In this document: one piece after another, positions 25,720 through 40,040 of the stretch
How the letters are laid out: each line of letters starts with the position of its first letter
Position numbering within the stretch: the stretch's first letter is position 1
DNA from: Lama glama
Lineage: Eukaryota
Direction: 5' to 3'
Length of the DNA: 64,000 bases
Assembly: GCA_028534125.1 (NCBI GenBank)
Contig: CM052817.1
Span: 23,872,001 to 23,936,000 of the forward strand
Notes under the pieces: model-generated
What the model was told of the DNA's origin: nothing
Seen by the model: only the letters and a program-made list of their open reading frames with translations
The model's database searches: none
Program-made: the position numbers and the translations under genes

Positions 25720-28700
25720 CTGCATTGGTTAGAGAAAAAGATAACAGAAGACATTAAAATAAAATCCCCTTTATCAAAAATAGAATGGCACAGTATTTAC
25801 AAGTGCTTTCTCTTTCCTCATTTCAGTCTAAAGTTTATAAATCACATGCCAATAGCATATATCCTCAAATACACTTAATATGCCAGAAAGGAAAATATTA
25901 AGTGCCCCTTTTAAGTGGGATATCATTTCAATTTTCTCTTCATCTGGCATTAAGAGGTAATGAATCACATAAGAAAAATTATACTAGACTAGCAATCCAT
26001 GGTTCCAAAAAACAGCAGTGTGTTCTTTTAAACAATCTGGTCCAAGTGATTTTATGGTGTTTGCAGGCATCTGCTGGCCATAATAGGTACTGTAACTAAA
26101 CCATTTCAAAAGCACAGCTATACACTGTGAACAAGAATATTACCTCAGAAACCAGACTGTTGGATTATATCAATTAACCACATTACCCAACGCTCTGATG
26201 ATAAAGATCTTAATCTCACTGCATTACTTAATGTTTTATACTCCAATGGTGAAAGAGTGAAAAAATGTGGATTCAGCTGTTTGCAATTGGCATATACATG
26301 TTAACAATTTTGCTCAAGAAAGTCATTCTGAAGATTCTTGATAACTTTCTCAGTCTTCATTTTCCTGGACCCTCCTAAACCATTTGGCACAACAATCACC
26401 CAATAATTTCAACTATTTACCAAGAGTGTAATATTTACTGGGCCCTGTGCTGAAAGGAATATTCAGAGTATTTACACATTCAAGTTGCCTCAAAATGAAA
26501 AACCAATGAATCTAGGGAGAGAAAAGTTTAAAACTGAGGACAAACCATGGGAAATAAGAGTACAAAGATGAGGATTCTCAATTCTGCTTACAAGAGGTCA
26601 GAGCTTATTTTCACAGAAATCATGACATTTGAGCCTGACTTGAAGAAACCTTAAGTTTAACCAAATAGATAAGTGAAGGAGTGGAGGGGCTCCTGGCTGG
26701 CAAGATTGAATAATGAAAGTATAAAGTAAAGAAAGAAGAGGATTTATAGTGTAGAGTCAAAAGAGCTAAGTCTGAAAACACACATCAAAGCCACATTATG
26801 GAAGTCCTTAAGTGTCAAAAAAGTTTGGATACAACTTCATGGGGTTTCTTCCAAGACTCCCTTCCATAGCATCATCCACGGAGCCATCACTTTTAAGCAG
26901 GTCCCAAGAATCTGAAACTGGTTAGGAGAAGAATGTACTAAATCATCCCATGCAGAGCACAAGTGCCAAGTTCATATTCCTCCCGGCAGCAAACTCCAGC
27001 CCTACATAGCAAACAGGTACAAGTCAGTCACTCTGAGCAACATGGCGGTCTCCTGGGAGCTTTCTCCTCTCCTAGTTGAAGAGATACACTGTACCATCAT
27101 GGTACTCCCTCTTAGTTATTTGACAGTTTCTTCTCCTCCACTGCTTCTGCTCCAATCTCTCATCCCTGACTTTATGTGTCCATCAAAATCCTACCCACTC
27201 TTGAATGCCACCTTAAATAACAACCCAGTGAAGGCTTTCTTTTGTCCTCTCCAGCAGCCAAAATCATGTGAGATTCTTGGATTGTCATTCGGGGAGAAGA
27301 GGGAGCAACTTCATAGACAAAGAAGACGGATGTCAAAGAATAAGTACTTACAAAATAACTTTTTCTTCTCCTTATTTTCCATTTTTTTGGTTTTATCTTC
27401 TCTCCCTAAAAAAATCTCTTCTTACTATTACAACTACCAACTTTGTGTGCAGAATCCTAAAATCTGTCCCTTCCGTCCTTCTCTGTCCATTTCTGTAAAC
27501 TCCACTTCTATATTTTGAATCATCAAGAGTGCATATAACTGTCCCATAAGCACCTCAAACTTTAAAACTGAATTATCTCCTGAAAACACACCTTCCCTCT
27601 CTATCCGCCCTTTAAACTCACTCTTCTAGTCAATCAGCCTCAAGCAGGAGAGACTTCTACTGGTGCTGATCTTTCTCACTCACACAACATGGGACTCTCC
27701 TCCCGTCCACAATGTCAACTTGCTCCCCGCTACTTCCTGGTTCTTTCTAATCACATCATCTTGAGGTTCCCTGAACATATCGTGGTTCTTCTCAACCCAG
27801 TGACTCTGCGTTCTCTGTCTGTTCTGCAAGGACCAGTTTTTTGTACCCATCTTCACATACTTACTGGCTCTTCATCTTTCATATGTCAGCATATATTGCT
27901 CCTGAAAAAAGCCCTTCTGACTAGTCTCTTCTCTCGGGCTCCTCATCCTCACCTGGGCAGATAACCCTCATCTGAGCTAACAGCAACCTGTACTTTTCCT
28001 CTATCGAAATTACTAACTCTAATTGAAATGGTGATTTTTTATATTTACCGTGTAATCATTGGATTACAATCTTTCCCAACTGACTGTGTGACCTACATGT
28101 ATTTTCTTCATCAGCTTTCACAGAATCAGTATTGTATGCATATTTTTTGAATGAATGAATCCTACGTCCAATCAATCACAATTACACAAACTCTGACAGC
28201 TCATTTTTAGTATTTTTCTAAATTTACTTTTTAACACTTCCGCTGACCTGTGCAGCCCACACCCTAACAAATGAATGTCTGACTTATCGCACACGCTCCT
28301 GATTTACCTCTCTGCTTTCAGCTTGTTTTCCTTCTAACCTTTCCTGCACATTATCATTCAAATGTCACAGCTGGAGTTAATAAAGGCAAGATTCGTGGAG
28401 GAGGAGAACAAGATGGGTTTTGAAGTTTGCACAGGATTTTCATGGATGGCAATGGCTAATGAGATTCAGATGGAAGAGCAAAACCAAAGAAGTGAAAACA
28501 CGAGAAAAGACACACTCAAGGTTTCCACGGTGTGTACCCAGACACAGTTGGAAAAGGTCACTGCAAAGAAATACACGACATGATTGGCTTAAAAAGAAAA
28601 CCCAATAAATGCAGGTGAGTTACAAGGCGATGCTGAGCAATGCTCGACACAAAGGGTGCTAGGAATTTTCAGGAGGGAGAGGTCTTCTCCCCACAGTCGG

Positions 28701-31700
28701 GTACCCAAGGGACGGGAGGGGCACAGCGCCCTTGGGGACCACAAAAGGGCCTCTCTGGCTGTAAATGTGCAGTGGTTGACACCAGAAAGTGAAAGGTCCA
28801 GAACAGCCAAAAACATTTCTTTACACTTTATCCCCAAGGTGATCCATTCTCAACTGTAGTTTGCCTACGAATTAGAGGAGCTTATAAAAATACATCTCTA
28901 GTGAGATAATCAACTATTTGTGGAATGAAGTGTTACCACTAACCCATTTTTCAGCGGAGAAAAATCAAACAGTGCTGTAGGGAAAGAGGGGAATTTTTTA
29001 AAATGAGATTTTCCTTCCTTTAGCTCTCTTCAAAGAGATTAAAAAAAAATTCCTTAAAAAATTACAACTCACCTGAATGCCTACCATAATGATGTTCGAA
29101 AAGTAAGTACTTATGGAAGAGTAACAGAAAAATAAATAAATACCCCGGAAGTGATCAAAATGTACTTAAAGGGGCGAGATCTGTCACCTTAACCTCAGGA
29201 AGTTGCAGTTTCTCTAACGGCTCATTTATAATCTATTATGAGATTCCAAGTCAAATATCGACATTTTTAACATCGTAGAGTTGATTTTATATTTCTCTTC
29301 TAACACACAGTAAAGACAATACAGGGAAAAGAAGTAAAAAACCTAAATGACACCAGGCTCAAAATGACTGCGTCCTTCAGAGTGTAAAATTTTCCTTACA
29401 GGAAGAAATTTTGAGTCCCGAACACACAGATATCTAGGTCACGTTTGTCACTTATCTACCACTGGCAGACAATGAAGCGACCACGGGGCAATGTTGCCCA
29501 CAGCTGAGTGAGAATGGGGGCGAGTTAGATTTCTTGGCGGGTGACAAGATTTCAAGGCTGGTGGGAGGATGCCGTTTGCAGCAATACAATGACAAGGCCG
29601 TGCTGAGACATCAATGAGTAACGCCGAAGAAAGCAGAAGAAAACGAGGGAAACAGGCAGTCCTGCAACTACCTCCTGAGAGCCCGACCACATGTTCCTCA
29701 AGTGCTCGTTTACACACGGAAAGACCTGATACTTCCTGCACGTGACCAGGAAAACTGCACACCCAGCTGAGACGCAGCTGCGGCCACACCCATGCCTTCT
29801 GTTCCCTGGTCTTGAAATGCCACCTTCCCAGTCCACTAATCCATCCCTTTGGCCAGAAGAGTCACAACAGAAGCCATGTTTCCTTTCAGGAAATACCCAT
29901 CCCAGTGTTTTTGTTCTTTTGCCAACACAAAACCAATCACGGAATAGTAAAGGAATAAAATGCCATAGGAAATCTGATTTTTAAAAAAAAAATTTCATGT
30001 CAAGCTAAAGGATTTGTAATAATTCATTTTAAGATAAACTTTTATCTCAGTTTCCAACCAAGGCTGCATCATTTTTACTGCATTACTGTGGATAGGCCTT
30101 CATCCACTCACTACAGTTGAGATGAGCTTTTTAAAGGACAGAGTGAGTCCAGTTGGGCAGAGATACTAGAAATGTGGATAATGACACCAATAGCAATAGA
30201 GCCTGATGGCATGGAAGCCTGTCTCCCTTCTGAATAGTTCTCCTCCTCATTTCAATCAAACCAGAGATGGGCACAGGTGCTGAAGAAAACCAGAGGTCAG
30301 ATTGCATCTGATAGAGACTACCTTGTACCCACCCTAGGCGTAGAAACTGCCTCAACATTCAAATGAGCAAGCAAACTAAAAACAGTAGCTGAAGCAGAAA
30401 ACTAGCTTTTAAAAATGTGCATCCTATCATCTTGCAAATGTCAAAGGTGAGTTTTTAAACCTATTTGATGCTTTGCCGGGACCACTGCGAAGTGAAATCA
30501 AACAATTAACACTTTCGTAAGCTTCCTATTATTCTTAGTGCTGTGGCATGTAGTGTGTAGCACTGTCTGTCTAAAAGAATATACTCTTCTTCCTTGTAGC
30601 ACTAAAGATCAATATATGAAAGGGAGTCTAAATCTCTATTCAAGCCACAATTATCACCAATATTAGGTAATGGAAACCTCTACATAATGAGAAGATAATG
30701 TTAGATTATAAACCAAATGTAAGAGAACATGATTAAATGAGTATATTGAAAGAATGTATATGGTTAAGACTATAAAGTTATCTGATTTTAACTAACAAAA
30801 ACTAGGCTAAATTTACCAGCTCCAACTTTTTAATTAAGGAAATTTTCAAGCACATGGAAGTTGAAAGATGAGTACAATGAACACTCACATCCTCTACCTC
30901 AATTTGACTCACATCCTCTAACTCAACTGCTCGCATAGTCAGTTTTTGTTTTATCTAACTATGCATGTGTGCAAATATATGTATGTAAACACAATATATA
31001 TATAGATAGAGAACATCTGAAAGACATTTGCAGATATAATGGCATTTCACTCCTAAATATTTCGGTATACATCTCCTAAGAATAAAGACATTTTCATACC
31101 TAATGAGAAGGATGTGATCAAAACAGTATCACATCATCAAGAACTCAGCTGCCTAAAGAATATATTATAACCCCTTGCAATCCAGATATTCCATGAGCTC
31201 TAACTCCAGACACAAGCTTCTCAGCCTCCTCTCCCACTTGTCTCCTCCATATGCTCTGCCGTCCAATCAGACAATCGGGGCCTCTCACTGTTTTCTCTCT
31301 ACCAAGTGCTGTTCTTTCTAAGTTTCTCTATGTACAAACATTCCTCTTTCTTCAAAATCCATGGCCACTGAAATCTGTGCAAGAAGTGCTCCTGGGTTTT
31401 TCCACAGCCCGTCCAGAGTACAAAATAACTTCCCCTCACTTCACCATTTCTCATTTATGGTGTCATCCTGTGAGCATGTTTTAGTGCCGTCTAGGATAAA
31501 GGCAGTTTCTCGTGTAGGTGTCTGTCCCTCATGGCAATTTCCTGTAGTTGCTCAGAGATATTCCACAAATAATTTTTAGATATACAAATTTTTAAAAAAT
31601 CCCAATTTTAATCTGTCAGGGAGAAGTTAAACTATGGAAAGAGTTAGGTGTTTTATCCTATGCAAATTCTTTTCACACTGATAGTCCAACTCCTGTTCTT

Positions 31701-31782
31701 AAAGACCAAGCCACGCGCTTAGTTTACTGATGTTCACTTAGCAAGCCCAGGGCAATCTTTGGAAAGTGTGAAATGTACTTAC

Positions 31783-31852
31783 CTTATCATTATTGTAATA
31801 AGAAATGCTAAGGCCGTCAAATTTCACCCATCTTTTCTGAAACATGCGTTTT
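31783..31852 (-). CDS. ARAP2: ARAP2 exon 7 (70 nt), PH1
   Basis: ttttacag|A...AAG|gtaagt. Translates KRMFQKRWVKFDGLSISYYNNDK. Phases 2 to 0. Confidence 0.96.
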
Positions 31853-34800
31853 CTGTAAAATATATGAAATCGTCATTTTATATTTAATAACCATAAACTT
31901 GGATTTTAGATACATTTGTAATATAACTGTTGAGTATGTTCCCATTTGCTGTTAAAAAGCAAAGAAAACAACAGGCGTGAAAATGTACACTTTTGACAAC
32001 AGTACATAGGAAAGAAAAAAATACACACAATGACAATTTTTAATCAAGTGACCTAGGTATTTTTTTTTAATGTAGCTGCTAATGGTGTCATCATCCACAT
32101 TTATAAGGCTGAGTGGAAAACAAAGTGTGGTCAGAAACACAATCATTCACCCATATCCCTTAAAGGGGCTAATCCCTTAATGAAGATAACATGAAGTTTT
32201 ACCCTACATTAAGCTTATAACATTTTATCCTATTTTTTTCTTAATTTTTGCTTTGGAGCATGAATAATATTTTGCTAACATAACAAACAAACAGCTTTGT
32301 GAATCGGATTTACATAGTTATATATTTTAATTCTGATCAAATAAGCTGAAAAAGCTGTCTAAATCTAGAGAATCATTTGCAATCATCCAAAATTCACTGA
32401 AACATTAACAATTTGGAACAAAGAGCCACATGAAAGGCCAATGCAGTTTAAAATGGTTACTGACATGAAAAACAAAACACAACAGTATCCCATGTTCCTT
32501 ATTTAGGCATAAAGGAGAAAAAAACACATTCTGACTCCGTAAGGGAAAGGTGAAAAACCACTTCCCCTTGGGCTTGTTTTTATTTAGTTTCAGTCCCCTT
32601 CCCTGAAGTCAGACAATCCTAAAGGTTTGGAATATCTTATTTTCTACATGACTCTCAGTGTGAACGGACACCATCTAGACACGTTCAGCCTTGAACACAG
32701 ATAATACGCGAAAACTAACTTCTGGTCTGAAAAAACAGTCATTTCTAAACCAACAGGTAAATGACCATGTCTGCCTTTTCCTTTTGCACAGTTTCCTAAC
32801 ATGGTTAAGATAAGAAAATGGTAGAACTTTCTGTGGTTTTCAGATTTAAAGATAGAAAAAGCACTTCAGGAAGTGTGGAGAACCGGTCTTCTGGGCTGTT
32901 TCCTGAGCGCGACACACCTATGGCTCCAGTGAAACACCATGAGCCTCCCACACTGATCATCAGCCAAGTGATTCTGCTTAAGATAAACTTAGAACAAATC
33001 TGATCAAATGGAGAAAAGGTTTGAAATTCATTAGTGTGGACCACATTTTCACATATAAGCATTTAATAAATCATTAAGTAATACGAACATGTCAAGACTT
33101 TCTAATTATATAACCACAACGAACTTCCCAGCCCTCTTCACACCTTATCCCTCATCCTTCTGCTTCTGTTTAACTTCTCTTGGTCTGCAATGTGTTTTCT
33201 TAACCTTGCAACATCTGACAGTGTCGGTTCTTACTTCCTTCACTGACCTAAGCGTTCTTCAAGTTGCCAGCGTTAAAAGTTAAAAGGTAAAGAAGTACCA
33301 AGCAAACACACAATAACTATACATTGAACAAAAGCATGTAGCACTCATTTTATGTAATACTTAAAGGCAGGTAAACAGACATCTTCCCACACAATCCCAA
33401 CTGTAATTCTATAAATCAAGATTTTGTTCTGGGCCCCCACCTACCTTACATGGTTAAGAGTGGTAAGCTTGAGCTCAGTACCTATAATCTTCCATTTCAG
33501 AATAAAAATCAGCAACATCTGTAGGAGATAAAGCTCTTAGGACCTTCCATTATCCCTCTGTTTCCTTTGCTAACTTCTCCTTGTCTTTCAGAGTTCCACC
33601 TCAGCCACCTACACAGACATTCCTTTTCTGCAATTCCTCTCCTGGAGAATAACAAAGTTACTCTTTCTCAAAGCACCCTCTCCTTTTCCTCATAGCGCTT
33701 AACACAATCTCTAATTACATATGTTTGCTTAGTTGCTTAATGTCTGTCTCCCACACCAACCCTCATGCTTTACAAGGACAAAGTCCAAGGAGGTTTCATT
33801 CTCCCCTATATGATAAGCAACTAACACAGAGACAAATATGGCACTAAAAAAGAATCTGTTAAATGAATGAGTGACAAGATTATGCACATGTCCCTTAGCA
33901 ACATGGACAAGATGACAGAGAAAACCTCAAACGACCGGCACTCAAATAATGAGCATCTTTTAAAAGAAAGGTTGGCAGAAGGCAGGAAAAACTTCTAAAA
34001 AGTCAGAATTAAATTCAAAGTTTGAAAACTTGTCAAACCCACTTTAACATGTCTTAGATTGTTTGGTTGTAGCAATTTGGACTCATAAAGCTTTCTTAGA
34101 ATTCCATCACCATCTGGATAGACAGTTTGAGGTCTGAGACATCATCCAAGAGTTTTAACATTTGTGTCCACAGAAAAGTGAGAAGGGGAGGAGGGTGAGA
34201 AGACAGCTCAGAGATCAGTCAAAGATGCTCCCATGTGACTAGTTACATTTCTTTTCTCAGGCACTGACTACAAAGGACACACTCAGGAAAGCCACCAAAA
34301 CCTCAGCCTCTGAGCGACTCAACTCCTAAGATACTCCCCCCAATCATTTTCATTTTCTCATCCACGAGGTGATTATCTGATGTGTTCAGCCATTTCATCC
34401 CAATGTTTTTAAAGATTAAGTCTGTCTAATGATCTACTGAAGGACAAGTAAATGAGACAAATCACAGTCCATGATAAAATGGAGTGAGTGTAGCAGCTGA
34501 CAAATCAATTGTTTCGTTGTTGGAGAGAGCCACTGTGCCATCATTAACACGTTACTTCTGTTGCTATTCACTCAGCCACCATCAAATCTGTGGGTACCTG
34601 CTCTGTGGACACTACTCTCCAGCCATCCTGCCTCCTTTCTCTAAACTCCTTCTTGCCTCCTGGCCTTCCCACATGCCATTTTCTCCACTTGGAATGCTCC
34701 CTGCCTGCTCTTGATGAGGCTGGCTCTTTATCCTTGAGATATCAGTTCAAAAGTCATTCCCCCAAGTGGCCACCATTGAATAACACATTGGTCCTCCAGG

Positions 34801-35797
34801 TTCCCTGGGCCTTTTGCTCCATCTCTTTGCTTCATGGCACTCAGCAGAACTTGCAATCATGTATTTGTATTGTGTCCTCCATCTCCCACACTAGGTATTG
34901 AGATCCTTGAGTGCAGAAACCATTTATGTTTTTTATCAAGGTAAAACCAGTGACTGCCACAATTCCTAACTTATAAAACTGAATACTCAGTGAGTGATGA
35001 GTGAATATATTTCTTATTGAAAAACGCTTCCTCAAATTTTCATTTTATGTATGGAGAATACAAACACTACTAACTTAACTACTTCACTCTTAATTTCATT
35101 TTTTGCTTTTATCAAATACTAAAGATCAGAATTTTTATATGACAAAATAAAAGCCTTGTAAAATATCTTGTTATTAAAGCAAAAGTAGAGTCTACAGAAA
35201 ACTTGAAAAATTCATCATTAGTTTCCATGTAATTTTAAAATACATTTTAGAGTTAACCAGTTTTAAAATACATTTTTTAAGATGTGTATATTTTGTATTT
35301 TCCTATTTAAAAATGCAAATTAATAAATTAAATGTTTCTAAAACTAAATTTACATAAACATTTTTGAATCTATTTAACTCATTAAATGTGTCAGTATTCA
35401 ATTAGCTATTTTCTGCATGTAAACTTCAATACTGAATTCTACTAACTGGTTATTTAAAGATAACTTAGATACTTCCTCACAATATAGTCCTCCTTTCTAG
35501 CAAATGGAAACTTGTATTCAATATTGGTAAACTCTATAAATTAATCAAAAATTCAACTGCATAAAAGGGAGAGCTTGAGAAGTACTTGGTTTCTAAACAT
35601 CAATACAATTTTAAATTAAAAAATGTTGGTGAATAATAAATTTTTAAGAGTTATCTTTTCTGTGCAAGAGTTAAATATTTTTCTCATGTATTTATGAAAG
35701 TCTACTCAATATCAGGCAACTAATTTCAGTGTAATTATGTAAAATTAATCTTTAACATTCAATAAGAGATTGCTAAAGTACTTTAAGTTCTCTCTGA

Positions 35798-36015
35798 TGA
35801 GGGGGATAAATTAGGAATTTGGCATTAATGGATATATAAAATAAACAGCAAGGGCCTACCATATAGCACAGAAACTATATTCAATATTTGTAATAACCTA
35901 TAAGGAAAAAGAACCTGAAAAAGAATATATATATATGTGTGTGTATATAACTGAATCACCTTGCTTTACACCTGAAACATTGTAAATCAACTATACTTCA
36001 GTAAAAATGGTTTTT
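35798..36015 (+). mobile_element. 5'-truncated artiodactyl-type L1 3' end with target-site duplication
   Basis: ccatatagcacagaaactatattcaata...ctgaatcaccttgctttacacctgaaacattgtaaatcaactatacttca. Flanked by aagttctctctga (35785-35797) and aagttttctctga (36016-36028). Confidence 0.88.
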
Positions 36016-36279
36016 AAGTTTTCTCTGACATAAATGATGCCTTTTCCTTAAATTTCAATTAACTTCCCCTAATTCAATTAAAATTGATGTATTTAGTAAT
36101 TGTTACAAAAAAAGGACCAAGTATAAAATACAATGTCACTCTAGCCTCTATTCTTACTATCACGTGACACAAATTAGACCTGAAATAATGAAGAATTATC
36201 AGCCAGAGAAGAGATTTTAAAGCCTCAGTCAATAAAGAACTTCTTTGGCACAATAATCTTCATAATAAAAACAGCCACC

Positions 36280-36512
36280 ACTTATAGAGTGCTTTGTTCT
36301 ACGCATTGTTGCAAGCATATACAAATATTAATTCATTTAATCCTCCAAACAACCATATGAGGCAAGTAATATTATTACTCCCATTTTACAGATGAAGGCA
36401 CAATGGAATCATTAGGTTAAATAATTTGCCCAAGCCACACAACTAATAAAGAGCATTCCAGTGAGTCAAATCTAGGCACTGTAGTCCAAAGTGCGTGCTC
36501 TTAACCACTGTA
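36280..36512 (-). mobile_element. MIR SINE, near full length
   Basis: tcatttaatcctccaaacaacc...ccattttacagatgaagg...ttgcccaagccacacaact...gctcttaaccactg. Confidence 0.85.
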
Positions 36513-37725
36513 CAAAACAGACTCTGGTATATTTTATAGCAAAGCATCTTGGATATCCTGTTAGGTAGCAATAACATTTGACCTCTATGCATTTAATATG
36601 TGAGTTCAACTTTGCAAAGTGCTTCAGAATTCTTTCAAGAAAAGGTGAAGTAGACAGGAAAAAAATTAGCCTTGGTTTGATCCTATTTTGTTTTTAGAGT
36701 GTTAAAGGGAAACATTTCTTTAAGAAGCTTTCTTAGAACATTTTATAAGGCATGTGCAGTGTTATTGAACGGATTTCTATCAGCTCTTCCCCTGAGCTCT
36801 GGCCGGGCAGGTGATGTAACATTTCGACCACTATTATAAATACAGCCTCACCACCTGGTGTCAGTTTTTGTTGTCTCAAAATTGTGTATCTTAAAATTTC
36901 TTTTTTAAGTAGTGTATTACAAACAATTAGTTATCTATTTATGAAGTATTTACATGAAGGCACCTCTGTTTAATTTCATTCCTAAGTGCCAGTAGGTTTT
37001 TTTTTTTTTAAAGACTATATCTTTTAGCTTTAAAAAACTGCAAAATTGGACAAGCATGCTAACCAACAATATTAATTTAGGGAGGCAGAGGGTACCAAAT
37101 TGTCAACTTCAAATATCACATAACCAGAATGAACCTCAAAGTGATGAAGTCAAATTTATGACTTTTATTAATCATGGTATTTTAATCATGACAAACATAC
37201 TTACCATTCTAAACAGAAGTATCTAAAAAAAGGTGTCATAAACATGCTGTTTCAGACTCACATGCCTTGTTTACATAATCCTGAAGAATTATATGCATAT
37301 TTTCTCTTATTTTCTGCTCCAACCTTAACTAGCCTCAATATTTTTTATAACTACTACAATTTCCAAAAGTATAGATTTTTGTTTATATATCTAATAATGA
37401 ATTTTTTATTTCTCTATTTATTTAATTACTCTTAAGTATGAGGCTTTTAAATACTGCAGCATTAGTTACGAAGCATTTTACAGATACACATCCAAGGAAT
37501 TATTATAATGTTTCTATAAAATGTCAGCATGTTTCTATTCTAAAGTGTATTTCCTTACTTTTAAGCAAACCAAAATGATAGTTTCCAAGATTCCATGAAG
37601 CAAAATGAGTTGGAGCCAGAAAAAAATAAAACAAAATTTCTCTGAAATCCCAGCTTCCATCTCTGTTTTAAATGAGAAAAACACAAATGTTATTTACCAC
37701 AAAATCCCACGTGCTAAAAGGAGTT

Positions 37726-37775
37726 TTAGAAGTCAATGATAAAGCATTTATTAGAAGTCAATGATAAAGCATTTA
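37726..37775. repeat. Perfect 25-bp tandem duplication
   Basis: ttagaagtcaatgataaagcattta occurs twice, head to tail. Confidence 0.97.
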
Positions 37776-38719
37776 ACGTGTGACTACTAATCATTGCACT
37801 ATTTACAAGGAGCTTAGTGCTTACATGACATAATATATGAAAAGCCACGTTAAAAGATGACACCTCTTTATTTTACAGAGTCACACTCTATAAAAAAATA
37901 AAAACTTAACATGAAACCAGCTTATAGTTAAGATGATCAATTAAAAGCTTGTATTTATCTTTACTCCTCACAAAACCTCAAGAGATTAAAAAATAAATGA
38001 AAACGAATAAATACCTACAAACCAACACTGACGGGAGAAGGAAATGACAGTATTAGGAAACCAGGAAAGCACAAGGAGGGAGAGGGGCTGTCTCAGGAGG
38101 TTTCAGAGAGCTGATTGCTAAGCCTACAAGAGATCAAATTGAGAGGAAAACCAATTTACTCACAAAATCTCAGAAAGTCTCAGGAGATACAAGTACCAAG
38201 TAACTCTGGAAGTGAATATGAAGGAGACAGGGTGCTGAGAACAGGAAGACTGACTGAAAGGCTACTGAAGAGAGAAACTTGCACCCCTCAGCACTCCACC
38301 CCAGAACGCTTCCCTTACTCCACAGCTGGAAAACAGCACCTCCTCCTCCTCCTCCTCCGCAGGACAGCAGAGTTTTATTCACTGGAGAAGGTCAAATCCA
38401 GGTCTCTAGACTGGGAGACTCAGACATGGCTTAAGGTGTGGGACAGTATTACAGTAGAATCAAGCCCACATCATAAATACTTATTCTCAAAGTCCACTTT
38501 CCCTACTAAGCTCCCCAAATCACCCTTACCACCCTCAATAAAGAGGCTCATTTAAAAGATACTGGCATGAGGAGTCTCCAAGGAAACACATTAGGAAAGG
38601 CCTAGCGAGATCATCTTGCAAGAAATAGACAGCAAGGTCCATCAGAGCACGATCCCACCAGCTTTGCGGTGTCTCCTTTAAGATGAACAGCCCAAACAGA
38701 GAATCAGTTATGACAGGAA

Positions 38720-38915
38720 GACTCAACTGATGCGGCAAACTTCATTGCTGTCTTATGTTAAGTAACTGCCACAGGATCTCAACCTTCGGAAGCCACCACC
38801 CTGATCAGTCAGGAGCCATCAGCATGAAGGCAAGACCCTCCACCAGTAAAAAAGATTATGACCTGCTGAAGGCTCAGACAATGGTTTCTATTTTTTAGCA
38901 AATAAAGTGGTTTGT
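38720..38915 (+). mobile_element. Tigger1 internal/3' fragment
   Basis: gatgcggcaaacttcattgctgtctt...ccaccaccctgatcagtcag...ggcaagaccctccaccag...gctgaaggctcaga matches Tigger1. Confidence 0.85.
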
Positions 38916-39705
38916 TTTAATTTAAAAAATGCCCAAAATTAATAAGTATCTGAGGAAAGCATCTCAAAGATAAAAGATGGGGAAGAAACCCCCTCCAAAA
39001 AATTGAAAGAAGCAAAGTCTACAGGAAAAAAAAAGCTTCAAAACACTTATTAATAGCCACAGAGAGATAAAAGAACATAGTGTGTCTGTGAAACAATAGT
39101 ACATTATAAGAAAGTCAAAAGTAAGAAAGTGCTTTCTACATTAAATGTAAGATAACAAAAAGCAAAAGTGGGTTACAATACATAAACTAAATAAGCTTTC
39201 TTAGGCGGCTGTAGGATGATAAAATTAACATGTGTGTGTATTTTGGTTACTTCACAGATTTATAGTCCTGAGGAAGAATTTGTGGATAAATGAGCGATAA
39301 GTACATAGAAAAACTAAGCAAATAAAAGAAATCAATAATTATTAATTCCAAGGAAATAAAAGGTGGCAAATGAAAGAAAAAGCCATCATTTTATGTTGCA
39401 AAGCTCAAATATGAGTAGCCTTTACACAGTCCTAAGAATATTAAAGTAAATATAGATAAAACTCATTTTATACACCTACTTTAAAATATGATTAGCTGGG
39501 AACTGTGTCTAGGCGGGTGAACAGCAGTGAAAATGAATAAACATTATATTCTATGCTAATCTTTCAACAGTTAATACCCATCACTGAAAAGTCAGGAAGC
39601 ATCAGTATGGAACTATTAAGATAAAGTAAATACCAAAAGAAACTACTAAAAAATTAGCAAGTGGCTGCCTCTTATGATGAAGTGAGATGAGAGGAAACAT
39701 TGCCC

Positions 39706-40040
39706 TTTTTTTTTCTTCCAGTTTTATTGAGACATAACCAACAAACAGCACTGTATCAGTTTAAGGTACACAGCATAATGATTTGACTTACATTCCTCAC
39801 GAAATGATTACTACAGTAAGTTTAGTGAACATCCATCTTCTCTCATAGACACAAAATTAAAGAAGTAGAAAAAGAATTTTTCCCTTGTGATAAGAACTCT
39901 TAATATTTCCTCTTAGTAACTTTCATGTATTATAGCCGTGTTAATTTTATTTATCATGTTGTTTACATGCACTTATTTATCCTATGAACTGGAAGTCTAT
40001 ACCTTTTGACTGCCTTCATCCAATTTCCCCTCCCCCCAGC
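39706..40040 (-). mobile_element. 5'-truncated L1 3' end (L1MA-like) with poly(T)
   Basis: T-run then ccagttttattgagacataa...tttaaggtacacagcataatgatttgac...actggaagtctataccttttgac. Confidence 0.85.

Noticed and set aside
27042..27518. 158-aa plus-strand ORF
   Set aside because: Pyrimidine-rich Leu/Ser/Pro/Phe composition next to L2-like remnants, with no domain or splice support.
38115..38555. 146-aa plus-strand ORF
   Set aside because: Non-ATG start, no recognisable domain, and probably within a very old L1 5' remnant.
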